In this document: positions 11,860 through 24,480 of the stretch, piece after piece | How the letters are laid out: each line of letters opens with the position of its first letter | Numbering within the stretch: the stretch's first letter is position 1 | Source: Malacoraja senta | Lineage: Eukaryota | DNA length: 64,000 nucleotides | Direction: 5' to 3' | Assembly: GCA_038087875.1 (NCBI GenBank) | Contig: CM075990.1 | Span: forward strand, 62,001 to 126,000 | Program-made: the position numbers and the translations under genes | Notes under the pieces: model-generated | The model's database searches: none | What the model saw: only the letters and a program-made list of their open reading frames with translations | Told to the model about the DNA's origin: nothing

Positions 11860-12207
11860 ATTCTTCAGCTCATTAAAGAGCTCAGGTGAAATTCTGATGA
11901 CATTTTTAAATGCAGATTTATCCTCTTCACACAGCACATTAAGCAGCTTTTCATACTGTCCAAAGAGAGATCTCCTTTGAAACAGGGGCTTCACCCACTG
12001 AGACTTCTTAATTTTCCTCTTTACTCTCTCTCTTCTGCCTTCATTACACAAGCGTCCTTGTATCACATTAAGGGCTGCAGCATACAGCACTTGAACAAAA
12101 AACATCACCATCCTGGACTCCAATAGCCTTCTTGCAGACATTTTCTCCAAAAGCCAATTTAAACACGGCAGGCTTTTTAAATATGTAAAAAAAAAGCATG
12201 ACATCAT
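11860..12207 (-). pseudogene. Harbinger transposase N-terminal fragment
   Basis: RRERVKRKIKKSQWVKPLFQRRSLFGQYEKLLNVLCEEDKSAFKNVIRISPELFNEL fits the W-V-x-P..R..GQY..L..ED..F.N..R..P..F.EL N-terminus of HARBI1-like transposases. Confidence 0.75.
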
Positions 12208-13386
12208 TTTTTTAACATGTGATGATTTTTCAACACGTCGATATACATTGTTGCCTCAAGATTAACGGGAGAGGAACTTGGTACACTCGGGAGACGAACT
12301 TGGAACATCGCAGAAATGAGAAGTAAACGGCAAACTTAGACATACCCGTGGGAACTCGGTTAAACTCTGGATCATAAACTTGTAGTATCGTACGCAACCA
12401 CGAGTCTTTCACTCGGGGTCACTCGTGGGTCAACTCGCACAGTGAAACAGGGCTATAACTATTCATGTTCTGTTACTATTCTATTGCTATTCTGTTACTA
12501 TTCTGTTACTATTCATGACCATTTGGAGATATCCCCCAAATTACTTGTTGGAAAGTTAACCCAACCAATGTTATTCCTGAGTCTCGATCTGTGTGGTGCC
12601 TTGAACCTTGGCTTCAGTCAAGTGAAGAAGAGGACTGGTTTAATATTCAGGGAGGGCTAGATGTCTCTATGTTGGGAAGATTTAGCAGCTTATCAGCCAC
12701 ATCCTGCCCGAGGGATCTAGCAAAGGGTAATGGATACCTCCGTGAGAGAAAAATTACCTGGGAACAATTTGTGAAATTGCTGGCCTAGAGGAACAGTTCC
12801 ATGTCAAAGCATAAATCTTGATCCCATCAATGGTTGGCTGTGTAGTGCCAGTGGGTGACCACTGGGAGCATCAATGAGAACTGCCGACTGGCTTGTGGAA
12901 ACAGCCACATACGACGCAAGTAGCACACTGCTACCGAGACCACCGAGACGTGCAACTCGGAAATAAAGCAGTGGGTTTCAGGATGTTCACAAGTTATAGG
13001 AGTAGAATTAGGCCATTTGGCCCATCGAGTCTACTCCTGGCTGGTCTCCTCCTCCTAATTCAATTTTCCTGCCTTCTGCCAATAACCCTTGACTTGCATA
13101 AGTGTGCATTTACATACATCGACTATAACTTAAGTCGGGAAGTGCCTGTATATCTTTTGATATGAATAAAGTTTATTTTTGAAATAAAAAATGTAGAGAT
13201 TTAGACATAATCCAACCCGTGGTGGAGACCGCTGCAGAGAGTAGGGCAGAGGACCGGAAGGACAGGTATGAGAGCAGAAGCAGATATTTACCCTCTGTTG
13301 GAAGGGGTGAAGATTGGCAGAGAAGTCCTGCGAATGAACCCAGGAAGCGACCAAGAGATGAAAGGGAGCTCCAGGCAGGAGGAAAA

Positions 13387-13570
13387 GTGTAGGAAGGAAT
13401 TGCAGATGCTGGTTTAAACCGAAGATAGACACAAAAAGCTGGAGTAACTCAGTGCCACAGGCAACATCTCCAGAGAGAAGGAATGGGTGACGTTTTGGGT
13501 TGAGACCCTACTTCAGTCTTGACACATTCTGAAGAAGGGTCTCGACCCAAAACATCGCTCATATGCTTCC
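13387..13570. mobile_element. Short Penelope hammerhead unit with inverted partial copy
   Basis: Minus unit 13387-13517; plus-strand CTGAAGAAGGGTCTCGACCCAAAAC at 13529-13553. Confidence 0.8.
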
Positions 13571-13689
13571 ATTAACCAGATAGAGCATTTAAAGCAGGCA
13601 CTGGTGTAATGTTGGTGAGTAGGTTGCTGACAACACCAACATTGGAGGAGTTGCACACAGTGAGGAATTCTGTCAGAAGCTACAGCGGG

Positions 13690-14420
13690 ATATAAGCAGA
13701 TGAGCTGCAGAAATGGGTGGAGAAAGGGCAGATAGAGTTTAACCTGAACGAGGGGGAGGAGATGCACGTTGGGAGATCTAATGTCAGGAAGAGGTACACA
13801 GTTAATGGCAAGACCCTTAACAGTATTAATGTACAGAGGGATCTTGATGTCCAGGTTCATAGCTCACTGAAGGTGGCAGCAAAAGTAGATAGGCTGATAA
13901 AGAGGGCATATGGTATGCTTGCCTTCATTGCTAGGGGCTTTGAATATAAGAGTCAGGAAGCCATGATGCACCTCTATAGGACTTTGGTTCAGCCGCATTG
14001 AAGTATTGCGTGCAGTTCTGGTCGCCCTTTTACAGGAAGGATGTGGAGGCTTTGTAGAGGGTGCAGTGGAGGTTTACCAGAGTGTTGCCTGGATTAGAGG
14101 GATTCAGCTACAGGGAGAGGTTGGCTAGACTTGGATTGTTTTCTCTGGAATATTGGAGGTTGTGGGGAGATGATAGAAATATGAGAGGCGCAGACAGTAA
14201 TGACTTTTTTCCAAGGTGCAAATGTCCAAAACTAGAGGGCTTAACTATAAGGTGAGAGGGGGGGAGTTTAATGGAATTGTGCAGGGCAAGGTTTTACACA
14301 GAGAATGGTGATGGCCTGGAATGTACTGCAGGAATGGTGGTGGAGGCAAATAGGATAGTGAGGTTTAACAAAGTGTGATCCGGCACAAACATTATGGGCC
14401 AAAGGGCCACTGTTCTATGC
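13690..14420 (+). mobile_element. Decayed CR1 3' fragment
   Basis: QRDLDVQVHSSLKV..AYGMLAFIARGFEYKS..LYRTLVQPH remnant. Confidence 0.9.
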
Positions 14421-14650
14421 GCCATGTCACCTGAGGATCTGATGCCATCTGATTGGGGAAAACATGCAAAGCTGAGATGATGTTAACTGGCTTGTAAGGA
14501 GTACAAGATGTCCATAGACAAAATGGACAGGATACATTGCTCAGCCCCTTGATTTACCAAGTCCAGAGCTTACAAAGAAGTTGTCCAGCTGCACCTGCAG
14601 TGTTACTTGCAGTGATGGGAAGCAGACATTTAATCACTTATAACATTGCA

Positions 14651-14780
14651 GATAGACACAAAATGCTGGAGTAACTCAGCGGGACAGGCAGCATCTCAGG
14701 ATAGAAGGAATGGGTGATGTGTCGAGTCAAGACCCTCATACTGAGAATCAGGGGAGATGGAGATACAGAAATATGGAAGG
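14651..14780 (-). mobile_element. Short Penelope-derived unit
   Basis: GATAGACACAAAATGCTGGAGTAACTCAGCGGGACAGGCAGCATC. Confidence 0.75.
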
Positions 14781-15122
14781 GTATTATTGTTTGCGACTAT
14801 AAATATCCTGCAGATAACATAGACGTTATTAGCTATTAAGATAACTTATTTGGGATAAGGTAGGATTAGTTTATTGTCACATACATTGGGGTCCAAAGAT
14901 ATTCCTCGTTCTCATGAAGATCACAGAGTAAATAGTCCACACACTTATGATCAATACAATAATAAATGACGTACAAAACAGCAGAAAGTTGGCAGGTTGT
15001 AGTAAAATTTGTGTAACGCAAACAATTATTAAAGTTCAATAATGCAATAATGGAATGTTGAGTTAAGTGTAAGAGTAAGCAGCACCTCTAGGACTAGGGT
15101 GTGAAAGAGGTGATTGTTTCTG

Positions 15123-15812
15123 GATAGACACAAAAAGCTGGAGTAACTCAGCAGGTCAGACAGCATCTCTGGAGAAAAGGAATAGGTGATGTTTATTCAG
15201 TCAGGGGAAAGGGAAATGAGAGATATAGATGGTGATGTAGCGAGATATAGAACAAATGAATGAAAGATATGCAAAAAAGTAACGATGATAAATGAAACAG
15301 GTTATTGTTAGCTGTGGGTTAGGTGAGAATGAGTTACAGTGAGATTCAACAAGACGACTTTGAAGCTGGTACGACTTGGGTGGGGGAGGGATGGAGAGAG
15401 AGGGGCGATGCAAGGGTGTAGGAAAGAACTGCAGATGCTGGTTTAAATCAAAGGTAAACACAAAATGTCGGAGTAACTCAGCCAGACAGGCAGCATCTCT
15501 GGAGAGAAGGAATGGGTGACATTTCGGGTCGAGACACTTCTTCTGACTGATTCGGGGATGCAAGGGTTGCTTAAAGTTAGAGAAATCAATATTCATTCCA
15601 CTGACCTGCTAAGCTGCCCAAGCAAAATATGGGATGCTGTTCCTCCAATTTGCATTTGGCCTCACTCTGACAATGGAGGAGGCCCAGGATAAAAAGTTCA
15701 TTGTGGGAATGGGAAGGGGAATTAAAGTGTTTAGCAACTGAGAGATCAGGTAGGTCCAGGCAGACTGAGCAAAGGTGTTCAGCAAAATGATCGCCCAGTC
15801 TATGTTTGGTCT
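15123..15812 (-). mobile_element. Penelope-like 3' fragment with a second short hammerhead unit nested at ~15416-15555
   Basis: GIY-YIG C-terminal remnant 15570-15810; GATGCAAGGGT is duplicated on either side of the nested unit. Confidence 0.85.
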
Positions 15813-16484
15813 GAGTCTGATAGCAGTGGGAAAGAAGCTACACTTAAGTATGGATATCTGAGCTTTCCAGCACGACGTCTACTCCCAGATGAGAGAAAAG
15901 AGAAAAGGGTGCCAGGTATCTTTGATGATATCTCCAGCCATCCGGATGTAACTCACCTTGAAGATGGCCTGGATGGGAGGAAGTGACGAGTTTGCGAAGG
16001 ACTGGGCTGTGTTCAATCTCTGCAGGTTTAGGCGGTCAAGAGTAGCACAGATGCCATACTAGATACCTCCTGCCAAAATACTTCCTACAATGCCTCTGTA
16101 GATGTTCGAGAGAATCCTAGTGGACGTTGAATCTTCTCAGATGCCTAAGAAAGTTAATACGCTTATGTACTTTCTTGATCACGGCATCAATGTGCAGGGA
16201 CAACAAGGGAACTGCAGATGCTGGAATCTTAAACAAATTTCAAGGGCTGAGGAAGGATTGAGGGAGGAAATGCACAGCTGGTCTTTCTGGTCGGGGCCCT
16301 CACTCAAAATGTTTAGAGGAAAGCCAGAAGAGGCAAGTGGGCACGTGATAGGTAGATACAGGTGAATGGGGACTCAGCTGGTCACACAGCATCGCTGGAG
16401 AAAAGGAATAGGTGACGTTTCGGATTGAGACCCTTCTTCAGGGGAGTCAGGGGAAAGGGAAACGAGAGATATAGACAGTGATCA

Positions 16485-16805
16485 TAGTCATAATCATAAT
16501 CATACTTTATTAGCCAGGTATGTTTTGCAACATACGAGGAATGTGATTTGCAATACAGTCATACCATTAAAAAGCAACAAAACACACAAAATACATTTTA
16601 ACATGAACATCCACCACAGTGACTCCTCCACATTTCCTCACCGTGATGGAAGACGAAAATAAAGTTCAATCTCTTCCCTTCTTTGTTCTCCCACGGTCGT
16701 GGGCCTCGAGCCTTCCGTTGACGGGGCGATCTTGGCTCCCATAGCCGGCGGTCGGGCCCTCTGCGTTGGGGCGATCAAGCTCCTGCATCAGGGGGATGTC
16801 AGCTC
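16485..16805 (-). mobile_element. Retroelement 3' fragment related to the 4014-4325 family
   Basis: (TCATAA)n tail; shares the CCATCACGGTGA..TCACTGTGGTGGATGT stem. Confidence 0.6.
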
Positions 16806-16974
16806 TGACAAGGAGACATAAGGTGTTCAGTCAGGAGAGGAGAGAAAGAGTGAAATGTAAAGCGGATGGAGGAATGTGGGTGGAAGTGGACAGGCCGGTG
16901 GGGAAAGTGGGACATCAGTTTAGATTGCTGATCATCTGGATGCCATGATAATTGAAGCTTACTTAGAGCCATAT

Positions 16975-17348
16975 CTAGAGCGTGACCAACCGGAAGCGGG
17001 GGCTGTGCGGAGGTCGAGTGAGTGACGTGAAGTTCGAGTGAAGTCCGCGGGAAGTTCGCGTGTGACGTACGGCGTCAAGACGCTGCGTACGGCATCGAGA
17101 CGCTGCGCACGCCCGTCGAGGTGGTGCGTACGGCGTCGAGGCGGTTGCTGGCCGACAGTCCGTTGACGCGCGGAATTTTTGAACAGTGTCAGTTTTTCGG
17201 AGCCTCGCGCGATGTCGGAACCAGCTCTGCACAACTCCATACGGCTCCGGCGATCGAAGTGGGACAGGCCCCGCGAGGCCGTACGGCTCAAGCGACCACG
17301 TTAGGTCGCGCTTGCCGCATGCAGTCGCATGCTCATGGGACAGGCCCT
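16975..17348. mobile_element. One-ended PIF/Harbinger MITE
   Basis: Right TIR TGGGACAGGCCCT followed by TTA; CpG-rich body; no left TIR found. Confidence 0.7.
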
Positions 17349-17599
17349 TTACTCCAGCTCTTGGTGTCTTTTTGTGTATTAACCAGCAAATGCAGTTCTT
17401 TGTTTCTACTATTGAATCAAGTCCCAGCCTGCCCAACCTCTTCCAATAGCTCAGGCCCTCAAGTCCTGGCAACAGTGTCATAAATCTGTTGATGATGACA
17501 GGGCTGTGTTCACCCTCTCATATCCTCAGGTCAACAGATAACTCTTTTGTTCCGCTGACATACAAGGCAAGGTTATTGCCCTGGCACCATGACACAGAT

Positions 17600-18693
17600 T
17601 TAGGTTAGTTTAGTTTAGAGATACAGCGCAGAAACAGGCCCTTCGACCCACCGAGTCCACACCGATCACCAATCCCCGCACATTAACACTACCATTCACA
17701 CACTTGGGACAATTTTACATTAATACCAAGACAATTAACCTACAAACCTGTACGTCTTTGGAGTGTGGGAGGAAACCGAAAATCTCAGAGATAAACCCAG
17801 GCAAGTCATGTGGAGAACGTACAAACTTTGTACAGACAAGCGCCCGTAGTCAAGGTTGAACCCGGGTCTCTGGCACTGTTATGCCCCTGTCCCACTTAGG
17901 AAACCTGAACGGAAACCTCTGGAGACTTTGCGCCCCACCCAAGGTTTCCGTGATTATTTCAAAAAATTCAAAACCGGCCTCAACTAAAAATAGGTTGCCG
18001 TTTCAAAAATCGGTAATTTTTTAGTCGAAGCCGGTTGCGATGCTAGTTGAAGGTGATTGCCGGAGGTTGCAGGTAGTGGAATAAAACTGGGTGAAAAAAA
18101 TAGACCTCCCTGGTGGAATAAAACTGGGTGAAAAAAAGATTAATATTAACAAAAGCATGTGACCTCTGTCACTCCTGGGCGTGCTCAATCATAGTTGTAG
18201 AGTTTGCAAAAGCCTCCCAGGTTTTTTTAAAAATCATTCAGAACCATGATAGCAGGGAAGGAACTAGTTAGGTGGATGTTACTAAAAGTACATCTACTGC
18301 TGTCAGCAGCACGCCCAGGAGTGACAGAGGTCACATGCTTATGTTAATATTAACCTTTTTTTCACCCAGTTTTATTTCACCAGGGAGGTCTTACCTTCCA
18401 CTACCTGCAACTTCCGGCAACCACCTTCAACTAGCATCTCAACCGGCTTCGACTAAAAAATTACCGATTTTTAAAACGGCAACCTATTTTTAGTCGAGGC
18501 CGGTTTTGAATTTTTTTAAATAATCACCGGAACATAGAGGAAGCGGAAACCACTTTCGACCATTAGGGAGACTGACAAAAACCTCCGGGAACCTCACGGA
18601 AACCTTGGGTGGGGCGCAAAGTCTCCAGAGGTTTCCGTTCAGGTTTCCTAAGTGGGACAGGGGCATAAGGCAGTAGCTCTACCGCTACACCAT
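17600..18693 (-). mobile_element. HE1-like V-SINE interrupted by a MITE
   Basis: SINE 17600-17880, resumes at 18666 (TAAGGCAGTAGCTCTACCGCT). Confidence 0.9.
17882..18665. mobile_element. Fold-back PIF/Harbinger MITE with arms of about 300 bp
   Basis: TGCCCCTGTCCCACTTAGGAAACC.. / ..GGTTTCCTAAGTGGGACAGGGGCA; inverted homology runs to ~18185 and ~18308; flanks TTA and TAA. Confidence 0.92.
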
Positions 18694-19444
18694 GTGTCAC
18701 CTCAATCTCTTTCTTTTGAAGGAACTTAAAGAAACAAAATGTCTAACAAACGCAGAACAATATTTTTATCATCGCCAGGCTATAGGTGATGATTATTTCC
18801 TAAGAGATGTTTCAGATAGGTGTGCAGGCCCACAAGCCCACTCCACTCAAACCCACATTTAGTGCAGAAGTATTTTCTACATCAAATTATCGTAGGAAGC
18901 AGTATATTACCACAGGTGGTGAATTTTTACCCGTTTTATGATCAAATAATGAGCACTCACTGTGGCACAGATATAGATTGAATGCAGAATAACAGAGAGG
19001 TGTTGAACACAGCAGCAGGCCTTTTGGTCCAACTTGTCCATGTGTCAGAATAATTTACACGAGAAATGAGTGACGGTTAACTTTATCTTTTTTTTCGCAA
19101 GTTGTTAGCAGTAGCTCATCAGATGAGGAGAACAGTGAAGCAAGAGACTGCTGTACAGATTCAAGACATGCAGCCTTTTTAGATCATTTTTGACAGGATA
19201 TATGTGGAATAGGCCACGTACTGTTGTTCACATGGTTGGGTATTATGTTCCGGTATTCTGCCCTCACCCTAGTAACACAGCTTTGTCACTAATAAAACAA
19301 GACATGCACGAGTCCAAGTTGTTGACTTTGTGGGTCAGTATGACTGGACTTGTTTAGTCTAGCATGAAATTAAAGTGATGAGTGGAAAGGATAGGGGATG
19401 TGCAAAATTGGGGGAGTGGGGGGGGAGGGGAGAGGGTGGGGGGA

Positions 19445-19630
19445 GGGAGTCAGTCTATCCCATGACAGATGTTGAAGGAGTGGAGCCTTCTCAAAATGTA
19501 CAGCCGGCTCCGTCCCTTCTTGTACAGAGCCACAGCATTCCTGGACCAGTCCAGTATACTGTCCAGGTCCACACCATTGATGGAGACAGCAGACAGGGGT
19601 GTTCCTCTCCTCCTAAAGTCCACCACTAAC
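19445..19630 (-). mobile_element. Rex1/Babar LINE fragment
   Basis: VVDFRRR..SINGVD..LDWSRN..LYKKGRSRLYILRRLHSFNIC in ORF 19450-19674. Confidence 0.75.
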
Positions 19631-19894
19631 ATAGCTATAAAATAGCTATGGATAAGGACAGGACGGGCCTGCAAGTTAAAGTTCTGAATTGAGCCAAAGC
19701 CAACTTACAGTAAATGCTATTAGACAGAAAATTGATGAGAGTAAGTTGTTTGCAGGCAAAGGGACATTTGGAAAATGGGATGCTTTTAAAAGTGGTGGGC
19801 AAGACAGGTGCAAATAAGCAAGTCTGGAAGATGAGAAAAATTGAAGCTCTGGTCAGGAAAAATAAGACTTGGGCCAGTAAAGTCCTGTAAAGTC

Positions 19895-21870
19895 TGATTA
19901 AAGATAGTCCGCGGGTCTCCATTAAGGCAGATGAAAAATCAGGATGGCTCTTTAGTTGTTGGTAGGATGGTTCAGTTGCCTGGTAACAGCTGGGAAGAAA
20001 CTGTCCCTGAATCTGGAGGTGTGCGTTTACATACTTCTGTAACTCTTGCCTAATGGGAGAGGGTAAAATTGGGAGTGACTAGGTGAGACTGGTCCTTGAG
20101 CATGCTGGTGGCATTGCCAAGGCAGCATGAAGTGTAAATGGAGTCAATTGATGGGACATTGATTTGTGTGAACAATTCTTGTGCCCACAATTATTTGCAA
20201 TTTTTTGTGGTCTTGCATGGAGCTCTTCCCAATCCATGCTGTGATGCATTCCAATAAAATGCATTCTACAGTGCATGTGTAGAAGTTAGTGAGAATTGTT
20301 GGGGACATGTCGAAATTCCTTAGCCTTCTAAAAGGCCTGTCTCACGAGTCTGCGGTCATTGGCGGCGAAACAGGAAGAATCTACCGCTCCTGGGCCGCCA
20401 TAGACCGCGCACTCGGTCAAACGCACAATTCCGGGGCCGTGCGGCGTTGTTCCCAACACCGCACGGTGCTAAAATAAAACCAACACTGTTCAAAAATATG
20501 TTCCTACCGCACAGCCTCCGCCAGTGAGGCACGAGTGCGGCACAGCCACCGCCACAGCCGCCGCCAGTGTGGCACGAGCGCCGTGCGTCGAACTTGCACC
20601 GCCACAGCCTCCGCCAGTGAGGCAGGTGTGCGGCACGGCCGCCGCCACAGCCAACGCTACAGCGCCGCGATCAGCACAGCCGCCGCCACAGCCGCCGCTA
20701 GTGAGTCATGTGTGCGGCACGGCCGCCGCCACAGCCACCGCTACAGCGCCGCGATCAGCACGGCCGCCGCCACAGCCCCGCAGATCCAAAATGACGTCAT
20801 CGCAGTCGGCCCTCCCTTTTTTTTACTGCAAGCTTGTGTGACCAGCCGTACTTAAATCACTCGGCCCCCGCGCAGCATCCGTGCGGCGCTCCCGTGGCAT
20901 AGGCGAAGCCGCGCTTCACCGCTGATGACCGCAACACCGTGAGACAGAGCATTAAGGAAGTAGAGGGGTCGGTGTGCTTTCTTGGCCCTTGCTTCAATAT
21001 GGCTAGTCCAGGACAAGTTGCTGGTGATATTGACTCCTAGGAACTTGATGTTTTCAACCATCTCTACCTTGGCGCTGTCAATGTATCCGTGGAATGTGTA
21101 CTGCCTTGCTTCCTGAAGTCGATCACTATCTCCTTTCTCTTGTTGATATTGAAAGGTTGTTGTCTCAACACCAGGACACGAGGTGCTCAATCTCCTTCCT
21201 GTACTCCGTCTTGTCATTATTTAATATTCGGCCCACAATGGTGGTGTTGTCCGCGATTTTGTAAATTGAGTTGAATTTGTACTTGACTGCACTGTTGTGG
21301 CTGTTTAACGAGTAAAGAAAGAGGCTGAAAAACGTAGCCTTGTGGAGCGCCCATGTTGAGGATTATCTCAGAGGATGATTTGTCCCCTACCCTCACTGAT
21401 TGGGGTCCATTAGTCAAGAAGTCAAGGATCCAGTTAAAAAGATGAGTGCAGACTCCAAGTTCCATAGGATTGGTAATGAGCTTGGATGGAATAATGGTAT
21501 TGAAAGCAGAGCTGTTGTCTATCAATAGAAGTCTAACGTGGGTGTCTCTCTTATCCAGGTACTTCAGGGATGAGTGTAGGGCCAGGGAGATGGCATCAGC
21601 CATTGACCTGTTGTGGTGGTAGGTGAACTGCAGTAGGTCAAGGTTGCTTGGTAGACACAATTTAATGTATTCCATAACCAGCCTCTCAAAGCACTTTGTG
21701 ATGATGGATGTCAAGGCCACTGGGCAGTTGTTGTTAGGACATGATATCTTGCTTCTCTTGGGCACTGGGATGATGGTGGTTTTCCTAGGGTATGGGGGTA
21801 CCTCAGAAGAGAGTATGGAGGGATTAATGATGTCCGTGAATACTCCCACTGGCTGGTCCATGCTACTAAG
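19895..21870 (-). mobile_element. Rex1/Babar LINE (RT to 3' end), split by a MITE
   Basis: ORF 21217-21936: TIIPVPK..PVALTSIITKCFERLV..QFTY..NRS..DAI..SSAFNTIIP..WILDFLTNGPQSV..GAPQG. Confidence 0.9.
20332..20952. mobile_element. PIF/Harbinger-type MITE with internal GC-rich repeats
   Basis: TIR AAGGCCTGTCTCACG / CGTGAGACAGAGCAT; TAA TSD at 20329-20331 and 20953-20955; the host LINE reads through once the insert is removed. Confidence 0.88.
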
Positions 21871-22580
21871 GGTGCGGTTGCAGGGGAAGGTACCTGGAGA
21901 GATGGTCGTTTTGATGGGAGGGGATGAATTAACCAAGGGGTTGTGAGCTTGGATGAATTAACCAAGGGGTTGTGAAGGGAACAGTCTCTGCAGAAAGCAG
22001 ATAGGGGGTGGAAATGGATAGATGTGATTAGTGGTGGAATCCCAATGGATTTGGCGAAAATGGCGGAGGATTATGTGTTGTATGCGACGGCTGATGGGGT
22101 GAAAGTTGAGGACTAGGAGGGACACTGTCTCTGTTACAACTAGCGGGAGGGGGAGCAGGAGTGGTTATCTATGTGTGGAGCTGCAGAAAATTAAACACGT
22201 GTCCCTATACTTCCTGGCAGTACTCCGTCCAAGGACCCCGACATTCCTTTCAGGTGAGGCAGAGATTCACTTGCACCTCCTCCAACCTCATCTACGATAT
22301 CCGCTGTTCCAATTGTGGACTCCTATATATCGGTGAGACCAAACGTAGTCTGGGCGATCGGTTTGCTGAAAACCTTCGCTCAGTCCGCCTAGGCCTATAC
22401 AATTTGGCAGTTGCCAAACACTTTAACTCCATTTCCCATTCCCATACTGAATTTTCTGTCCTGGGCCTCCTCCATTGTCAGAGTGAGGCCAAACGTAAAT
22501 TGGAGGAACAGCACCTTATTTTTTCGCTTGGGCAGCTTACACCCCAGCGGTACGAGTATTGATTTCTCTAACTTCAAGTA
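21870..22580. mobile_element. Penelope-like fragments, inverted (minus ~21870-22185, plus ~22195-22580 with GIY-YIG)
   Basis: ORF 22161-22562: FTCTSSNLIYDIRCSNCGLLYIGETKR..HFNS..KLEEQHLIF. Confidence 0.85.
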
Positions 22581-23324
22581 GAGAAATCAATACTCTCACT
22601 CTATCCTGAATAGGAAATGTTTGGAGGGGTATTAATGCTTTCGCTCTATCCTGAATAGGAAATGTTTGGAGGGGTATTAGTCAGGTGGGACGAACTGACC
22701 AGAAATCTTGGTCAGCATGGATGGGCTGAATAGCCAGTTCTATGTCGCTATAATTCTAATAATTCTACATGTACTATTAAGATTTGATGTTCCAAAATTC
22801 ATTACTTCACACTTAACTTTCCACCCACAGCCCAACTTTCCAACTGATCCATGTTCCCCTGTATATTTGTACAACTTATATTTGTATACTGATCCCGCAA
22901 TTAATGTCAGCAGCTGTATTCAGTCCATTTGCATTCTCATCCGCGTCATTTATATATCTATATTACTAAAAGTCTGATCTTGACCGCTTTTGGCTCACTG
23001 TACTGTGATTTCCGAGAGAACGCCGCCACCTATGGCCGTCATTTTTGGCAAACTCGCTCAGAGCCCCTCTCCGCCTTGCAGGACCAGAGGATTTTTCCCA
23101 TCGAAGAAAAATCAGTGAGATATTAATGTTTTTTTTTAAATTTGCCATTCTCTCTGCTGCCCCTGCTGGAGGGAGTGGGAGGGACTATAAAACCAGGAAG
23201 TGGTGTGCCTCACTCAGCCTCTGCAAGAAGGAGGAAACCAGAGGTTCACGTCTCTCTGAGCTTTGAATAACACTGAACACATGTCTACTCAAATGTGAGT
23301 GCCCTTAATGTGGTTTGAAAATGA

Positions 23325-23566
23325 AAATATGGTTGGTTTGAAGTAAAAAGGCGCTGCCTGCAAATGGTTGTTTGGGGGGGTTGGGTTTGAAGTAAAAAGG
23401 CACTGCCTGCAAATGGTTGTTTGGCGGGGTTGGGTTGAAATGAAAAGGCACTGCCTGCAAATGGTTGTTTGGGGGGGTTGGGTTGAAGTGAAAAGGCACT
23501 GCATGCAAATGGTTGTTTGGCGGGGTTGGGTTGAAGTGAAAAGGCACTGCCTGCAAATGGTTGTTT
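23325..23566. repeat. 48-bp minisatellite, about 5 copies, inside Helitron
   Basis: Unit GGTTGGGTTGAAGTGAAAAGGCACTGCCTGCAAATGGTTGTTTGGGGG; produces 16-aa periodic ORFs. Confidence 0.95.
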
Positions 23567-23949
23567 GTCTAAACTTTACAACCAAAATTTCCTTTTTGCA
23601 CTATATTGATTTTAAATAAAACGCTACCACTTATGGCTGTGATTTTTGGCCATCTTACTCAGTTCCCCTCCGCTCATCAGGTGCAGAGGATTCTTCCCAT
23701 CAATGAAATACAAAAGTGTTATTAGTGTTTAAAAAATGATGAGAATCTCTCTCCTGTCAATCACGCCATGAAGGCCACAACCTTTTCTGGTGGGAGGGGG
23801 AGGGATTATAAAACCTGGAAATTGTGGGTGTGGCTCAGTCTCTGCATGATGGGGGAGGGAGAGGTCATGACTGAGCTGTGAATCAACTGAACACACTGAA
23901 TGTCTACTGAACTGTGAGTGTGGTGTTTGTGTGGTTTTATGGTGGTTTT

Positions 23950-24480
23950 TATGGTGGTTTCACCCTGCTTGAAATAGTATGAAACTGCATTTGAATGTGA
24001 TGGCCTTGCACAAAATGGTATGAAACTGCATTTGAATGTGGTGTCGTTGCACCCTGCTTGAAATAGTATGAAACTGCATTTGAATGCGATGGCCTTGCAC
24101 AAAATGGTATGAAACTGCATTTGAATGTGGTGTCGTTGCACCCTGCATGAAATGGTATGAAACTGCATTTGAATTTGGTGGCCTTGCACGCTCCTTGAAA
24201 TGGTATGAAACTGCAGTTGAATTTGGTGGCCTTGGTTGTAAACTGCACTTGAATTCGATGGCCTTGCACCCGGCTTGAAGTGGTAGGAAACTGAACTTGA
24301 ATTTGGTGGCCTTGCACCCTGCTTGAAGTGGTATGAAACTGCACTTGAATTTTGTGGCCTTGCAGCCTGCTAGAAGAGGTAAGAAACTGCAATTGAATTT
24401 GGTGGCCTTGCACCCTGCTTGAATTGGTCGGAAAATGGATTTGAATTTGGTGGCCTTGCACTCTGCTTGAAATGGAATTT
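23950..24480. repeat. 41-48-bp minisatellite inside Helitron
   Basis: GAAACTGCAT recurs at 23981, 24022, 24070, 24111, 24159 and onward. Confidence 0.95.

Larger units (their letters stand above)
10575..12455 (-). mobile_element. PIF/Harbinger internal-deletion derivative, copy A
   Basis: TIRs of about 40 bp (AACCCCTGTTACACTGTGCGAG../..CTCGCACAGTGAAACAGGGCTA), TTA/TAA flanks within a (CTGTTACTATT)n repeat; both ends shared with 57742-59547. Confidence 0.9.

Noticed and set aside
12230..12412. Near-identical 60-aa ORFs at 12230-12412 and 57785-57967 as a duplicated small gene
   Set aside because: Both lie in the shared subterminal region of the two Harbinger copies and begin at a non-ATG codon.
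19101..19193. Possible terminal exon VSSSSSDEENSEARDCCTDSRHAAFLDHF* after a pyrimidine tract and AG
   Set aside because: Short, no recognisable homology, no partner exon; not distinguishable from chance.
21920..22680. Short direct duplications (21920-21975, 22595-22680; also 52257-52310 and 47165-47200)
   Set aside because: Ordinary local slippage or repair duplications inside decayed repeats.
23289..24480. Periodic repeats as a CRISPR array or repeat-protein genes
   Set aside because: Head-to-tail units with no unique spacers, inside a Helitron, no cas genes, eukaryotic context.
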